Made by a program: the position numbers and the translations under genes. This document shows, piece by piece, positions 13,301 to 26,028 of a DNA stretch of 64,000 nt. Numbering within the stretch: position 1 is the stretch's first letter; the number at the start of each line of letters is the position of its first letter. This stretch comes from Balanoglossus misakiensis (taxonomy: Eukaryota > Animalia > Hemichordata). The DNA lies in contig CM082578.2 in the NCBI GenBank assembly GCA_040954595.2, forward strand, positions 6,433,519 to 6,497,518, written 5' to 3'. A model generated the notes under the pieces. It saw only the letters and a list, made by a program, of their open reading frames with translations, made no database searches and had not been told where the DNA came from.

Positions 13301-14270
13301 GAAAGTCGTTACCAGGCTAAATTTGCAAAACATTTAACCCTTAACTGAGATCCTTCAAAAGTGCGTATTTACTAATAACTGTCTTAAATGCAATACTTGT
13401 ACTGCAGAAAACACGAGAAGCATTTTCCCTGATTTCTTCATTCGATGTATCGACAGCATGAACGATCTGTTTGTTGTGACACGCAATTACCCTCAATTCA
13501 CGGACCCCCCTCTAGCAAAATCTGGAGGAACCAACACACCATTTTAAAGTCTCGGGAAGGAATCGACGCTATCCAAACACTTAATCACCATGACAACCGG
13601 ACGCGGAATCCCTGCAATGGGTCATGTGATCAGCATTTGACACTTTTTACAGGTAGAAGATATTTCCGTCGATTCCGTGAAAACGCTGCTGAGATTAACT
13701 TCAAAAATAGCCACAGCGGATTTCTTTGGAAACAAAACTAATCTGTGATTTTCCCGTCATAGGTTTACTTTTATTTTTTGTAATTATTGTACCGTCTTTG
13801 ACCAAGGTTTTGTTCTTTGTAAATCGATATAAACAATAAAGGCCTAGTTAAAAAAAACGGAAAAAAGATTTTAATAGCAATTTAATATGTTTTACAGCAA
13901 ATACTGATTACAGAGTTGCTCGATCAATATGTCAAACAATATTTCATTTGAAAATAGGCTCTTTGCCATCAGATAACTCTAGATGTACTTTTTCCTGCAT
14001 GACGAACATTGGAAATATACGAAATGCAGTAAGCGTACGGTTTAAGATGAAATTGCATAAGTGTTTTGTAAACCATGCTGCATGCTATCGGGGGCATTAA
14101 CTTGGGCGCGGCGCGCGAGCTGAAATTGGCAAAACGAGAGGAAAGCGAAGTGAATGTTCTAATGACGTATGACCCATTTGACCTTGGATCAAGATCCACC
14201 ATTTTGTAGAAATAATTAAAGCGATTTTTACCGAAGGGCTATGTTTATTGAACCCATTGCTCTTCCCTTA

Positions 14271-14526
14271 AGGCTGCCGCACACGAGAGAAATCAGCTGA
14301 GCAAAACGCCATTCGAGGAATTTTGCTCAGCAATTTTCCTCCCGTGTGCGGCCAATTTTTCCTGATCTTTTTACTTTTGTGCCGCGGATCACGATATTCA
14401 ACATGTTTGATATTTTTTTCCTCGCGAGGAAAATTACTCAAGACCACCGCACACGAGAGAAACTTGCTGAGCAAAATTCCTCGAATGGCGTTTTGCTCAG
14501 CTGATTTCTCTCGTGTGCGGCAGCCT
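14271..14526. mobile_element. PIF/Harbinger-like (Tourist-type) MITE with TTA TSD
   Basis: TTA-AGGCTGCCGCACACGAGAG...CTCTCGTGTGCGGCAGCCT-TTA; about 60 bp of perfect outer TIR, and each arm is itself palindromic. Confidence 0.85.
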
Positions 14527-15692
14527 TTACATGTTTAATTTGAAGATGAGTAAACAAAAGTACCAGCAATGAAGCGAACAAAGGAAATTGAATTCGAAAG
14601 ACGTCACCTACGAAATTTTGGAAGAAATTAAAGCCTTGCGACTGTTGACACTCACTGCACTGAGCCCAACTCATTGGTGTGACTTTGTATTTGGAAATGA
14701 AATGAAAGATTGAATATTTTTTGTTGTTGTGCATCGTTGTAAATGAGATACAAGAATACTGTTTGCTGCTCTCAATCTGTAGAAACGTATAATGATTGTA
14801 ATCTTTTGATGACGAGTCGCGGGTATTTGATCGTGCAATCGCTTTTGCTGATGTTCTCGACGATATGAAATCGGATGTATTTGTCTTCGACGGACTGTCC
14901 AATTAGATTAGGCTATCTGGATTCTTAATCGAACGCTACTATTTATTCTTTGTCAGCCCTCTTGGTGAGTAATTACACGAAGTAAAGGACATCGACCACA
15001 TTGCCAGGCTAAGCCGAAGCATCGTGCAAAGGTAGGGGCATAAAGTCCTTCACCTTTCCTATCAGATGTGTCTTCGGTGGAACGCGTATATAGCAAAGGT
15101 AAGGAGTGGGTGTTTCCAACTGGCATCTCGCCTCAGGGTTGTGACTGTGTGTGACAGTCCAGCATTTCACGAAGCAGACAAACATACGACATGCAGGCAA
15201 TCATAATGGACCCATTATTTCAACGCACAGAGCGATTACATGCCAATTATTAAACCATATTCTCTCAATATGAAGAGATAAAAATACCCCCACGTGGACA
15301 TATTACTACGTTTTGCGGTGCCAGTGAGCGAGGAATGTGATCGACAGGAGGTCGTATATTTTATACCTCCCATTAAAAACGATTTTCACGTCGAAACATG
15401 AATTGAATACTGTGTTTCATAGTGCGCATCTACATGTACAGGCTACTTCCACCTGCAGGCCCGAGCAACGCAGTAAGTAAAACAATTCTCCGTTATGGTC
15501 ATTCCTCTCGAAGGTTTTTGATAAGTTGGCGGGAAGGTGATGAAAAAGTATGCATGGTAATATTTATTGCTTATGTAATAACCTCTATGCCTGGTGTGCG
15601 GAGACAATTTTCAGACGACGAAAATCAATCACTGCATGTATATACGACTTTTCTGAAATTCTGGATACATGTATTAGTCTTTTGGTCCTCAA

Positions 15693-15925
15693 AGGGACAA
15701 AGACTGTCTCTCGCTGCCCTTTTCCCATTTATTATGTTTGATACAAGACACCGTTTATGTTATTCTACATGTGGATATATAGTGAATCAACGTTCGACCA
15801 CACACAACTTCCATCCCACTTGTAGACACGAGAGTGAAAAAAAACACTCGCCAAAATGAATAATCAGTGTTTACCGTTTATTCATTTTGGCGAGATTTTT
15901 ACTCTCATATCTTACAAACAGGATA
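15693..15925. mobile_element. Kolobok-like fold-back MITE, truncated copy 2
   Basis: Near-identical to the start of the 5742 and 54811 copies (AGGGACAAAG..CTCTCGCTGCCCTTTT..ATGTTTGATACAAGACACCG); lacks the right end. Confidence 0.8.
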
Positions 15926-17279
15926 TTTATTTCCGGAGAAGAATCGTACATATTTGTCCAATTGACAAGGGACCTCGATGGACCTGGGCCTGCATGTTGT
16001 TCCATGTGTTTGTTCTGCTTACCACTGCTTAACACAGACAAATGCGCTCAGAAGTACAAAAGTCGAACCCCTGATCGCGTGCAGTTCTACAAAGCCTACA
16101 CACGGCCATTAATTGGTGTAGATGGCGACAGATTCCCCATTTATAGCAGTTATGATCCTTTAGAGTTCCCGCCGCTGTATGTAGAGCACATTGAGTTTTA
16201 TAATACCTGCTGTATCAGGTGGCATTTAGAGGCTTTTTATTAGGGATTGGAAGATCTTGCCACGGAAAATGCCGCACCAAAATCAGCAGCCTAATGAAAC
16301 ACGTCCCTTCAAAACACCGACGTCTCCCATTGAAACCGAAAAAAAAATTCGTGCGGCAGGGCCAGGGATTGGGAGATTTTCTGTTGTCTGTTGTCAGTCA
16401 AACGGCATTAAGAACCGCCACTGAGTTGAGCGGCCTTTTATATACCCGCATTGGGGTTTAAGCGGCTTTAACTGTTAACCATCGGGGAGAACGTAAGTAC
16501 ATAGATAGTACAACAAAAAATCACTTGGAAAAGTCTTCTACCTGGCGACTAATACGCACAAACTATTGCTTTATAAGACATCATCATTAAATACTCGCAA
16601 TTGCGTGTATTCGCATAAAGAGAATTTTGAACTAAAGATCCCAAAGAAGTAGAAAGACCGCTGTTAACCAAAATAATCATGAATATTTTTGTCACGCAAT
16701 CTTTTATAGGTGCCCCACATGAGAGGAAAACATTTCCCACATGGCAATGACTGGAAAGTGCGTGTACTGATACAGTTATCTTTTCCAGTTCAATAGATAT
16801 ATGATGCAAAATAAACACTCGATAATTGATGACAAATTGAAGATTATTTACAGTTACTTGAGGCCAACTATCATTATGTTTATAAATATTTTAGTTTTAG
16901 CAATTTGAAAGATTTCGACGATACTACACAGCAATATATTGCTTACTCACTTAGAATAGGTTTGTACATTTGTTCCTAAATGTTATTTAGTTGTAAACAT
17001 TAAGTGTCTTGGCGGCAACATCTATACGCAAAAAAACAACGATTCGAACAGCCAAATGTATGGAACCCACTTTATCACGTCACCAGTGAAAATGATAGCT
17101 CTGATAAGTTAACTAAATAATTAATTGCCATATTTGAGGGAATTGACTGTTATCTCGAAGAGGGATGTCCCGCAACAATCTTCCGTGTGCTGAGATAGAC
17201 ATTCAAGCCTAGATAACGTCCATCAAGTTCATTACTGCGTGCATTGGGATGTACGCGCAACTATACGAACCCGTGGAAT

Positions 17280-17525
17280 TTGTCTCTTCCCATAGGATTA
17301 CAATAGGCTAGAAAACACGCTTCCGCAATTGTCATTTTTATTAGTTTTACAAGTAGCTCAGCAAAATGAAGTTAAATTCGTTTCAGGTGTCAAATAGCAT
17401 CATGAAGTTATTGCGATCAATTCTGAGATAAACTTCGTTGAGTGTGTTAACCTATAGAAAAACTATTGTTGAAAAAAATGCTAACTCGGCAGTTTATTTT
17501 ATTATCGACTGAATTCACACTATAT
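17280..17525. repeat. Dispersed DNA-transposon-derived repeat shared with 44840-45350
   Basis: TCCCATAGGATTACA..GCTAGAAAACA..ATTGTCATTTT..TGAGATAAA..AAAAATGCT..CAGTTT..TATTATCGA present at both loci. Confidence 0.6.
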
Positions 17526-18721
17526 TTTATTACGGATTTTAGCTCACCTGCGTCAGTTATTGATCTGAAGCAGATCTGACTAGGTCATGAGACAGTTAGC
17601 GGTATCATGTAAATTAAGCGTTAATTTGAATATTTAACGAATGTGTTTAATAATCTTTAAAAATCAAGCGATACTGAGTCAAATTAAACTGCAAATTGGC
17701 TTAGTTCTTTTTTTTTCTAATTCGTGATTACTATTGAATTGAAGAAAAAATGAATTTAAGAAAAAAAAGTGCAGATATTTATCTGACGGAGATCTGAATG
17801 CACTGGAAGACATTTACTATTGATTTAAATATTTGCAATTATATATTATATGCAATTATATAGAGATCATATGCTTGAAATATACATGTAGTTGGATTTG
17901 GTGATAATTTGTTGCTTAACTTCGCACATTTCCAGTCTTTATTAAACTATAAACACGTGACCATATTCAGTTCATATCTGGTTATTATAGTTACAATGGA
18001 GGTTCCGAACATCTTCAATTTAACCGATCGTACGCTTGGGGTAGAACATTTGATATCTATGAACGGGTTTTTGAAAAAAAAAAGTTTGTGGGTATTTTTA
18101 CGATCAGATTGACGTATACAGGGGAAAGCGGAATCCAATTTCGAGCATGATTTACGTAATACAGCTCCCGTGATCTGTTCTCCCAAGGTACATTATCAAA
18201 AAAATGTCGAGTGTCAATTTGTACACCCTGAAGGGTGTACTGCACTTTGAAGTTCTGAACTAAGAAGCGCTCTTCTGAATGTCTTGACCTTATATATAAG
18301 TCAGTTTATAGGCCTAAGTGTACAGATTCGTGCTGAATAGATTATGATAATTTATTGTAATCGCATCTTGATGTCATCCGGCGTTGTTGACGGCTAATCA
18401 CCACCACTTCTGTCATACTCTTTTGAAACAAAATAATCCCAGATTTTGTCATTTGATAAGATGGTTAGAAAGTGACATAGCCACGCGGGGCATCAGGATA
18501 AATAGCATTAAGTAGGGGGATATTTTGAATCCAATGGGTATGCATGGTGTTGTCGAGTTTTTTTCCACACGGAACTCAAATAGAAACTCATATTATTACG
18601 TACATATTCATATTCCTGTTTATTTTCAGACCAGCTTGCAGTTGTCAACATACTTTCCGAGAGCGTCTGACAGAAAGCGGACGGCGACTCAGTTGCTTTT
18701 TTTGTTGGCGGTGATTCGAAC

Positions 18722-19774
18722 ATGAACTGGACCAATTACTCTGATTACGGGGGATACGCTCAAGGTACGCCCGGTTGTTTTCTGGACCAACAAAGCCAGT
18801 TGTCTCTGTACGTTGCCATTTCTACTTTCGGGATCGTGGGCAACATGGCCTTCGTGTTCGTGGTTCTTCGGATTCAGCGTCTCCACACGCCGACCAACAT
18901 GTACCTGGCCAACCTCGCCGTGGCCGACTTCACCTACGTGTGCTTGATCTGGTCGTACTTGGTCTGCGTCGGCAGCGACGGCGCGGCCTGCCCGCTACTC
19001 TACGACATCATCGCGCACTGCACCTTCGGCATGCTCATCGACGCCTCGCTGAGCACCTCACTCGTCACCGTTCTGTTGATCAGCGTCGATCGCTACCTGG
19101 CGATAAAGGAGCCCATCAAGTATCGCCTGTTCGCCGGCAAGAGGTCCAAAAACGCCGTGATGATACTGCTCACCTGGAGCTTCGGGCTCCTGGTGAATCT
19201 GCCGACTGTGGTCGACTGCTACGGCGGGCTGGTCGGAAACGTCATCACCTTGAGGCTGTTGCCGGGGGTCATCTACCTGGTGCTGACGATTTCCTTCATG
19301 CTCTGCGTCTTGATCCTGTACGTGCTCGCCGCGGTGCAGCTCAAGAAAGCCGCCACGAACATGTCGTCTGCGCGGCAAAACCGACGCGGGGACGACAAAT
19401 ACATCATCAAGGTCTGTATCGCCACCGCCCTGGTGTTCTTTCTGTGCACGTGTCCGCGGGCGATGGTTCTTATCGTGGAGATACTTGACGTGGCTGGCGA
19501 CGGAGTTCTCCCCCCGAAAGTGACGGACTGCCTCCACAACATATCCAGCTGCTTTCTCCTGCTGAACTCCACGCTGAATCCCTTCGTCTACAACATCGTG
19601 AGCCAAAAGTACAGACTCGCCTTCAAAGAGGCGTTCATCGGCAATTGTTCGAAGACCGCGCAGTCGGGCAGGCCACAACCCATCACGCTCTACCGATCGC
19701 AACTGGGAACGCGCGTATCACTCGTCTCGGGGTCAAGCGCCACGACGAAGATCACGGGAATAAATGTCCAGTGA
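18722..19774 (+). CDS. Orphan class A (rhodopsin-like) GPCR, peptide-receptor-like, 350 aa, intronless CDS
   Basis: Seven hydrophobic segments; GN (TM1), NLAVAD (TM2), SVDRY (TM3), W..P (TM4), FFLCTCP (TM6), NSTLNPFVY (TM7), helix 8 YRLAFKEAF; N-glycosylation sequons NWT/NYS; strong GC3 bias; acceptor TATTTTCAG at 18629 suggests an upstream 5'UTR intron. Confidence 0.95.
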   Translation: MNWTNYSDYGGYAQGTPGCFLDQQSQLSLYVAISTFGIVGNMAFVFVVLRIQRLHTPTNMYLANLAVADFTYVCLIWSYLVCVGSDGAACPLLYDIIAHCTFGMLIDASLSTSLVTVLLISVDRYLAIKEPIKYRLFAGKRSKNAVMILLTWSFGLLVNLPTVVDCYGGLVGNVITLRLLPGVIYLVLTISFMLCVLILYVLAAVQLKKAATNMSSARQNRRGDDKYIIKVCIATALVFFLCTCPRAMVLIVEILDVAGDGVLPPKVTDCLHNISSCFLLLNSTLNPFVYNIVSQKYRLAFKEAFIGNCSKTAQSGRPQPITLYRSQLGTRVSLVSGSSATTKITGINVQ

Positions 19775-22700
19775 AAAAAGAAACAAGCGACCTTATTCAG
19801 GTTTGTGCATCAAACAAATGTGACTTCTGTCCACATGGTCGTTATGACACAGGAACATCAGATTTTGACTGCTTGTTATCTTACATTGCCCTTTTAACAA
19901 GCCATGTGCTCTTTTCAAGCTGTCTGCATATCGAGGAGGATAATACACTATTGATGAAGCGGGTATGGTATGGAATTGAATGCATTCGTCTGCGCAACAC
20001 AGATTTCCCCGTCATCCTTGCCGACTGGAAACTATTACATTGTATACGTCTATAAATTACATCTTTGTATATCTTGTCTAGTGTAATTTGTACAAACCAT
20101 GAAGACATCAACGGATGATACTCTCAACTAGCAATTAATTCAGACTCGCCGGTTCTAAAAAACAAAAACAAAATTGTAGTTTCAGGCGACACTTTCACGA
20201 GGTTTATCTCCCTGAAATGGATATACATGTAAAAGGAAACCATGCACATACGTAGGCAGACTTTCCCGGCTTCATAATGAGAGATCTTGTAGATTGAAAC
20301 TCGTTAAATCCTTTCAAGCAACATTTCAATGTTCCCTGCACACGGTGCAAATGTCACTCGCAAAGTAAGAGCTTTTTTCTCTATATATCCTGCAGTAATG
20401 AAGAGACACGACCGTCCCTGTTTGAAACGTTTGAATCGGAGTTACTCAGGCGAACGACCCGTGTCTATATTCAAGCGTAACGTTTCCATGGCAGCTGTAT
20501 GGTATTGTTGCTACGCGCTGTAAATTTAGTTAGAGATACATGTAGCATTGAAGATACAGACATGTGGAGTAAGGCCATATATTAACAATATACAACTTTA
20601 GATAGACACTAATACAAAGCTAGCTCGATAGATAGATATATAGATTGATAGACAGCTATAGCTCGATATTTAGTTAGTTAGTTCGTTCGTTATTTAGTTA
20701 GTTAGGCAGATGTATAGAGGGTACATGTATACACCTCATGTAGGGCATGTGCTCACTCTTTTCGAATCATCTGAAAAGAAAGCCGCGTGTGTCTTACTTT
20801 CATCGACTCCAATCAGGTACCATTACGTGTACATCTTGTTTGTAGGCAATCCAGGAGAATTTTACAGGGTTCGAACCCAGACGTATACCTACCGCACCAA
20901 TTCACATATCAAGCAAGCCCGCGCACAAAATCATGCTAAACGCACATTCCGAAAAATGAATGTTTCAATAGCGTATGTAGATGAGTTCTCTATACGTCCT
21001 TACACGATCTGAATACATCAGCACACAGACAAACGCACACTTTTACTATTAAAAGTTTACAATTAGCACGTGAATTTACACTGACACTGGGAGTGTTTAG
21101 TTTTTTTTAAAAATTTGCCTGGATTCTTTAAACGTTCAAGTGTTTTACTTGTAATTATACAATCGAGGACAAGGCCTTACAGGATTTATGTACCGTTCGT
21201 ATGGGATAACATTCAGGATCATGATTGGTCTGACGTGTTCGCATTTTTCGTTGTCATTTACTCACGTGAACGTATGTGTGCTCGGTACAACTTAAAATAC
21301 ATACTAGTACAGCTGCATTAAATTACAACTACACGTAACTACCATCGGTTACAGACTATGATGTGCTGCAGAATAAACATGCATGATTGTTCTCAGTGAC
21401 GCGCTTTGAGGAATCAATGAAGGAACCCTCTAATGGGATCGAAGTTCATCGACTGCAAACTGTTCTAACATAAAACCTCACGGCAATTTTCTTAAAGAGA
21501 TATGGTAACTCGAGGCGTTGGCACTTTTTCGAGATATCTGATGTTACACCACAATCAGGTTCTGAATTATAATAAAATGCCTACAGGATTGGCGATCACG
21601 ATTCCGCGAAAACGCATTCAATGGGCTTTTTGGGAAAAAAATTGTATGTGTATATGAACATTGACATAATGTAGAAGAAAGAATCTGTATACACGTATAT
21701 CAATCGGGGGGGGGGGGGTTGTCAAGCAATATGTGGATCTTACCAACCCCTGACAAAGAAACCGTTGCTGCAGATTTGAGTGTAATACCAAGACGCTACA
21801 AGAAGCAATGCCTAGTTCTCCTGTCCCCTTTAAGGCCCGCCAACTCAGCCGCATTGGATCGCAAACGCGACGAAATCGGAATGCCCTGGGTCCTATGAAT
21901 TTCGTCCAGAGCCACCTCGACGGATAACCACGCGTTCCCTGGCTTATTACAGACAACATCATGATACAGTCACACGTGTATTGTCCCGCACCCAGGCCAT
22001 GTAATCAAGTTCGTGTTCGACTATATTATCTTCCAATGGAGCTGTGTACAGTCACTGTGTAAAGAAGATTGGCACCAAAAGCAAACCATGTGGAAACTAT
22101 ACTTGCTATTCTATAAATAATGTCATTAGTCACCAGGTTTTTTCCCCATTATGTTGTAATTTTTATGTCTTTATTATTTTTTTGGTCATTCGTTAATGTG
22201 CCGGATTAGCTTGTTCGTCATTATCATGTTATCACTTCATTATTTGGTTGTTATATGCCATTAAGTGGTTACTATTTGACTATCCATTACTTGGCGTCAG
22301 AAACGTGAGATGCGATATTTATAGAATCGTACGGTCTTGAAATGGAAGAGTATCTACCCATCCATGCGTCGAGCAAACAATTCTTGCGATGACCAACGAG
22401 AGCTATGTCGACGACGCAGTTGAGAATGTACTGATTGCATCGTTATTATTGCGCAACTATTGGCTACAGTCACAAAAACTGTTGCCAGTATTGGTACTAA
22501 CCACACGTTTACGGACACGCAAACAGTGGGTAGAATATTGTAGCTGCAGTGCCGACTTCTGTTAGACTAGAGCGTGTGTGGACGGTATTAGAATTATGTC
22601 CCCTAATGCTCGTTACATTATATTGATCCTGTAAAAAATACTGCATAGTAAAAAATACTGGGCTAACGTCACCATATCCTTTTAGACGTCTATCGTCATA

Positions 22701-23543
22701 TATGGTAGATTTAAGCTTTCGTGTGCAAGCCATAGGTCTATGTGCTGACCGACTGGAAACTAATTAACCCAATATTATAAAATAAGGAACAAAACCAAAA
22801 GGTCCCTCATTCCAGATCAACGGCATACTGTCATGCCAATAAACCATGTTCGCAAGGGAAGACGTGCCGAAAGGACCATCATAAGACTGATAAAAGAGAA
22901 GAGGTCGTGTCCAAACTCTTACAAACTAATAAGTGCACGTACGTTTTTACGTATCATGGCGCCTTCGGTTCTGGGTTTCCGGAACTTTGGCAAGGTTCCT
23001 CCCACCTTGAAAACGGTTGGCTAACAAAAAGCACGAAAAATCATCTGCCAAGATGGCGACCGTACTGATTGAAGTAGTCACGGGACGTCGCTTTATACGT
23101 TGTCCATGTACAAAAAGACAGTTCGTTAACCCAACACTTCATGGTCGCAGGGATAAATCTGTACGGTCGTGAAATGACTTGATGTCATTCAAATTTTAAT
23201 ATAAAGCACGTTACAGTGGTGAACGTGAATTTTAACCACTGAGGGACGGAGAGTCCCACTGGCAACTTCGAGACAGGACAGGAGGCAAGGTCAAACACGA
23301 TTCAGATTGTCATCGCCAAAGTTTAATGTCCATGTCAAGCTGGAATCAACAGTTTTGTTTTGACTGGGATCAGAAAGTGTGTGAAATGGCGAAGAAAGGC
23401 ATGAAAAAGGAGCGCCTTCTTTATCAGTTGTCTAAAAGCAAATGATAAAGTCTTCCACCGAAAGCAAACGCTTTCGCGCCACATATTACTTACATGTATT
23501 AAACATTCATTGTCATCAAGAAGTAATCCGAGAACCAGGTGAT

Positions 23544-23784
23544 TGAAAATCAAAGTCTTAAACTTTTTCTCATGGTTTGCCTGAGCAATTTTAAATTATT
23601 CTCTCTTACTAAAATTGCGAATGAAAATTGAGAGTTAGTGTGCAGAATTTTGAATGAGCGAGCCCTAGGCTAGTTTTAAAATGGCCACCAATGTCTGTAT
23701 TAACTCTCCGGAGAAAATATGTCTCCGTAAAAAGGAATACTTTTTTTCCCTGAAAATGTGTCCCCGAGGCGCGTGTTAACATAA
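23544..23784 (+). mobile_element. Fragment of the GAAAATCAAAGTCTTAAA DNA-element family (also 58446-58754; reversed near 30700-30892 and 61690-61910)
   Basis: Shared GAAAATCA(AA)GTCTTAAA, AAAATGGCC(A/G)CCAAT..TATTAACTCT..GGA/GGAAAAT and terminal GAG(G/A)CGCG motifs. Confidence 0.5.
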
Positions 23785-23883
23785 GCAGAAAAATGACTGA
23801 GAGTGGTCTTTTTTTCGCATTACCGGTACGTCAGCTTTCTCTCGCTTTGGAATCAGATTTTCACCGCTGTATAGACAATCGCC

Positions 23884-24044
23884 TTCGGCGCAGCAGGTGT
23901 ACTCTTGACGACCGAGCGGTATCATGGAAAGCTTAGCGGCGAACCATTTGGCGGAGCTGTAAGAACATCTTAGAGCTCAGCCAAATGATTTGGCACAAAG
24001 GCTGTCCGCACCGCTCGGTCGTCTCCGCAAATCTCTGCGCCGAA
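23884..24044. mobile_element. Degenerate hairpin MITE
   Basis: Nested inverted arms TTCGGCGCAG/CTGCGCCGAA, GACGACCGAGCGGT/ACCGCTCGGTCGTC, CATTTGGC-GAGCT/AGCTC-GCCAAATG. Confidence 0.65.
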
Positions 24045-25700
24045 TAATGAGTAATGTTCACGGCATATTCAACGAATTGCAAAGGACGGACATGTCAGGA
24101 CGGATAAAGGAGAATTTAAAGCTCCATTAGCTGAATCTTTTCGCTATGATTTTAGTAATTCTGTTTTTGCGTAATGCAGATTCTTGTTCAATTTTTTTGA
24201 AGTACGTGTGTCATGAAACGTCCAGCATTTAGCTTCTTGGGACCACAAATGTGTATAGTCAACATACAGTGTGCAAAATTCGAATTAAAGTCCGGACTAG
24301 AATTAATTCGTCAACAATAACATTGGTCGTTACACACATACAAGTTATGTTGACAAGCGGAAAATTTGGTGTATTAGAATGCTGTTCGGAGTAGATCAAG
24401 AAATTGCATTTGATACACAGAACAAACAAAAATACTGGAAATATAGCCAAATGTTACAATTGATGTCTCTTTAAAATGGCCATTGGCAGTATAGCACACG
24501 ACAGACACATTTCCGAAGTAATCATTTCGTACACTGATTTTGGCAACGAATTAATCAGTTTAGGGAATACCAACAAATAGCATGCAGTTGTTCGAACCAC
24601 AAGCTAAATTCTCAATCCCTATACATGACCATTGTTAAAGTTAATAAACATTATAATTCATCCACAAATCCCTGAAAACTAGATAATTCTTAGAATGAAC
24701 GAAGCACCCAACCGTATACGCGTAGCGGAGACTGGGCATGACAGCAACTGAAGTAGGACGTGGCGACTGCGGTGAGTTTTGTGCTGGTATGGGAGGACAT
24801 ATTCTCATCAAGGGGGACACCCACGCGGCGCGACGACCCATGCCCTTTTAGTACACATTATTCTTTAATGAGAACATATAGTTTAAAGATTAGTTAAGGA
24901 TCAATCGAATAATGATTATCGGATCTTTGGTGGGTTGGGGGATGTTTTTTTTATAGTTCTAGAAAGCTTATGTTCTTTGAACTCACACAATTTAATGATA
25001 CAATGAGTGCGCGGTGAAGATGATCTCAGAAGTTGATGTAGATTTCTAAAAGCGGGCAATAAATTGAGAACTTTCCAGACTCAGTCGTTTGTCAGACGAC
25101 CTTCACACGAGGAACAGTCTTCTGGTGAAAGCGAATACGTGGATGGGGAGATATGAGAGACAATATGACGAGGAAACGCTGTAGTTTTTCCTGTTGTGCA
25201 GAGAGCCTGTGTGATGTATACATCTTCATAGAGAGGATTTTACGGCACGAAATATTGCTGCTTAAGTTCGGGATGGATTTTCTATTGCTGTAAAGTTGCG
25301 TTTAAAAAAAACATTAAAAAACACCTTGTAATCTTTTCGGCTTCACCACTTTGAACAACTGCGTATGTATATGTATAGGCATTTTGATTTTGCTATCTGT
25401 AATTTCCGCATGTTTTCTTTTGGCGGCGGCATTTTCATTAATAAAGTATCATCATGATACAATTGATTGAAGGCAATTAAAGCCTCTTTTAGTTTGATTC
25501 GAACAACCTCTGGAGACTTGTGGTACACTCTACGGGCCGTAATAGTATAATTGATCATACGACTGTATCGTCATGACATATTTAGGAGATCCACATTCAG
25601 TTTCCAAAAGCATCATCCTCTCTTCACCTGGGTGGACACACATTTTAAACGTTACAGGACCGTGAGCAATGTTGGCACCTGGGCTGATGCTGTGGTCGTC

Positions 25701-26028
25701 AAATGGCTACGATAGTTTTGTGCGCATGTGCGCAATTTCGTGTGTATAAACTTTACGTCCAAATGTTCTGCAAATTTTGAGTTTGGTCCATTGAAATAGT
25801 GGACTTCCTTCGCTTCCTTCCATATTTCATGCACGACTTTAGTTTTGTCCCTTCTTTGCTCCCCATTTGCTGTATTTTCCCAATCTCCGACACAGACTAT
25901 GGTCGCCGCCATTTTGTTTTTGGTTAGGACGGCACATGCCTTATTGCATTGACTATACAGTGTATACAATTTTTGTAACCAGCGTCTCTGGTTTGGCACC
26001 TGCGCATAAGACGATCGTCGACCTTTAA
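25701..26028. mobile_element. Copy 2 of the 7221-7568 element family
   Basis: Colinear similarity over about 300 bp; ends GACGATCGTCGACCTTTAA. Confidence 0.65.

Noticed and set aside
18775-19702. Long overlapping ORFs (18775-19488 +, 19058-19702 -, 19273-19572 -)
   Set aside because: Shadow ORFs caused by the high GC3 of the GPCR CDS; no recognisable motifs.
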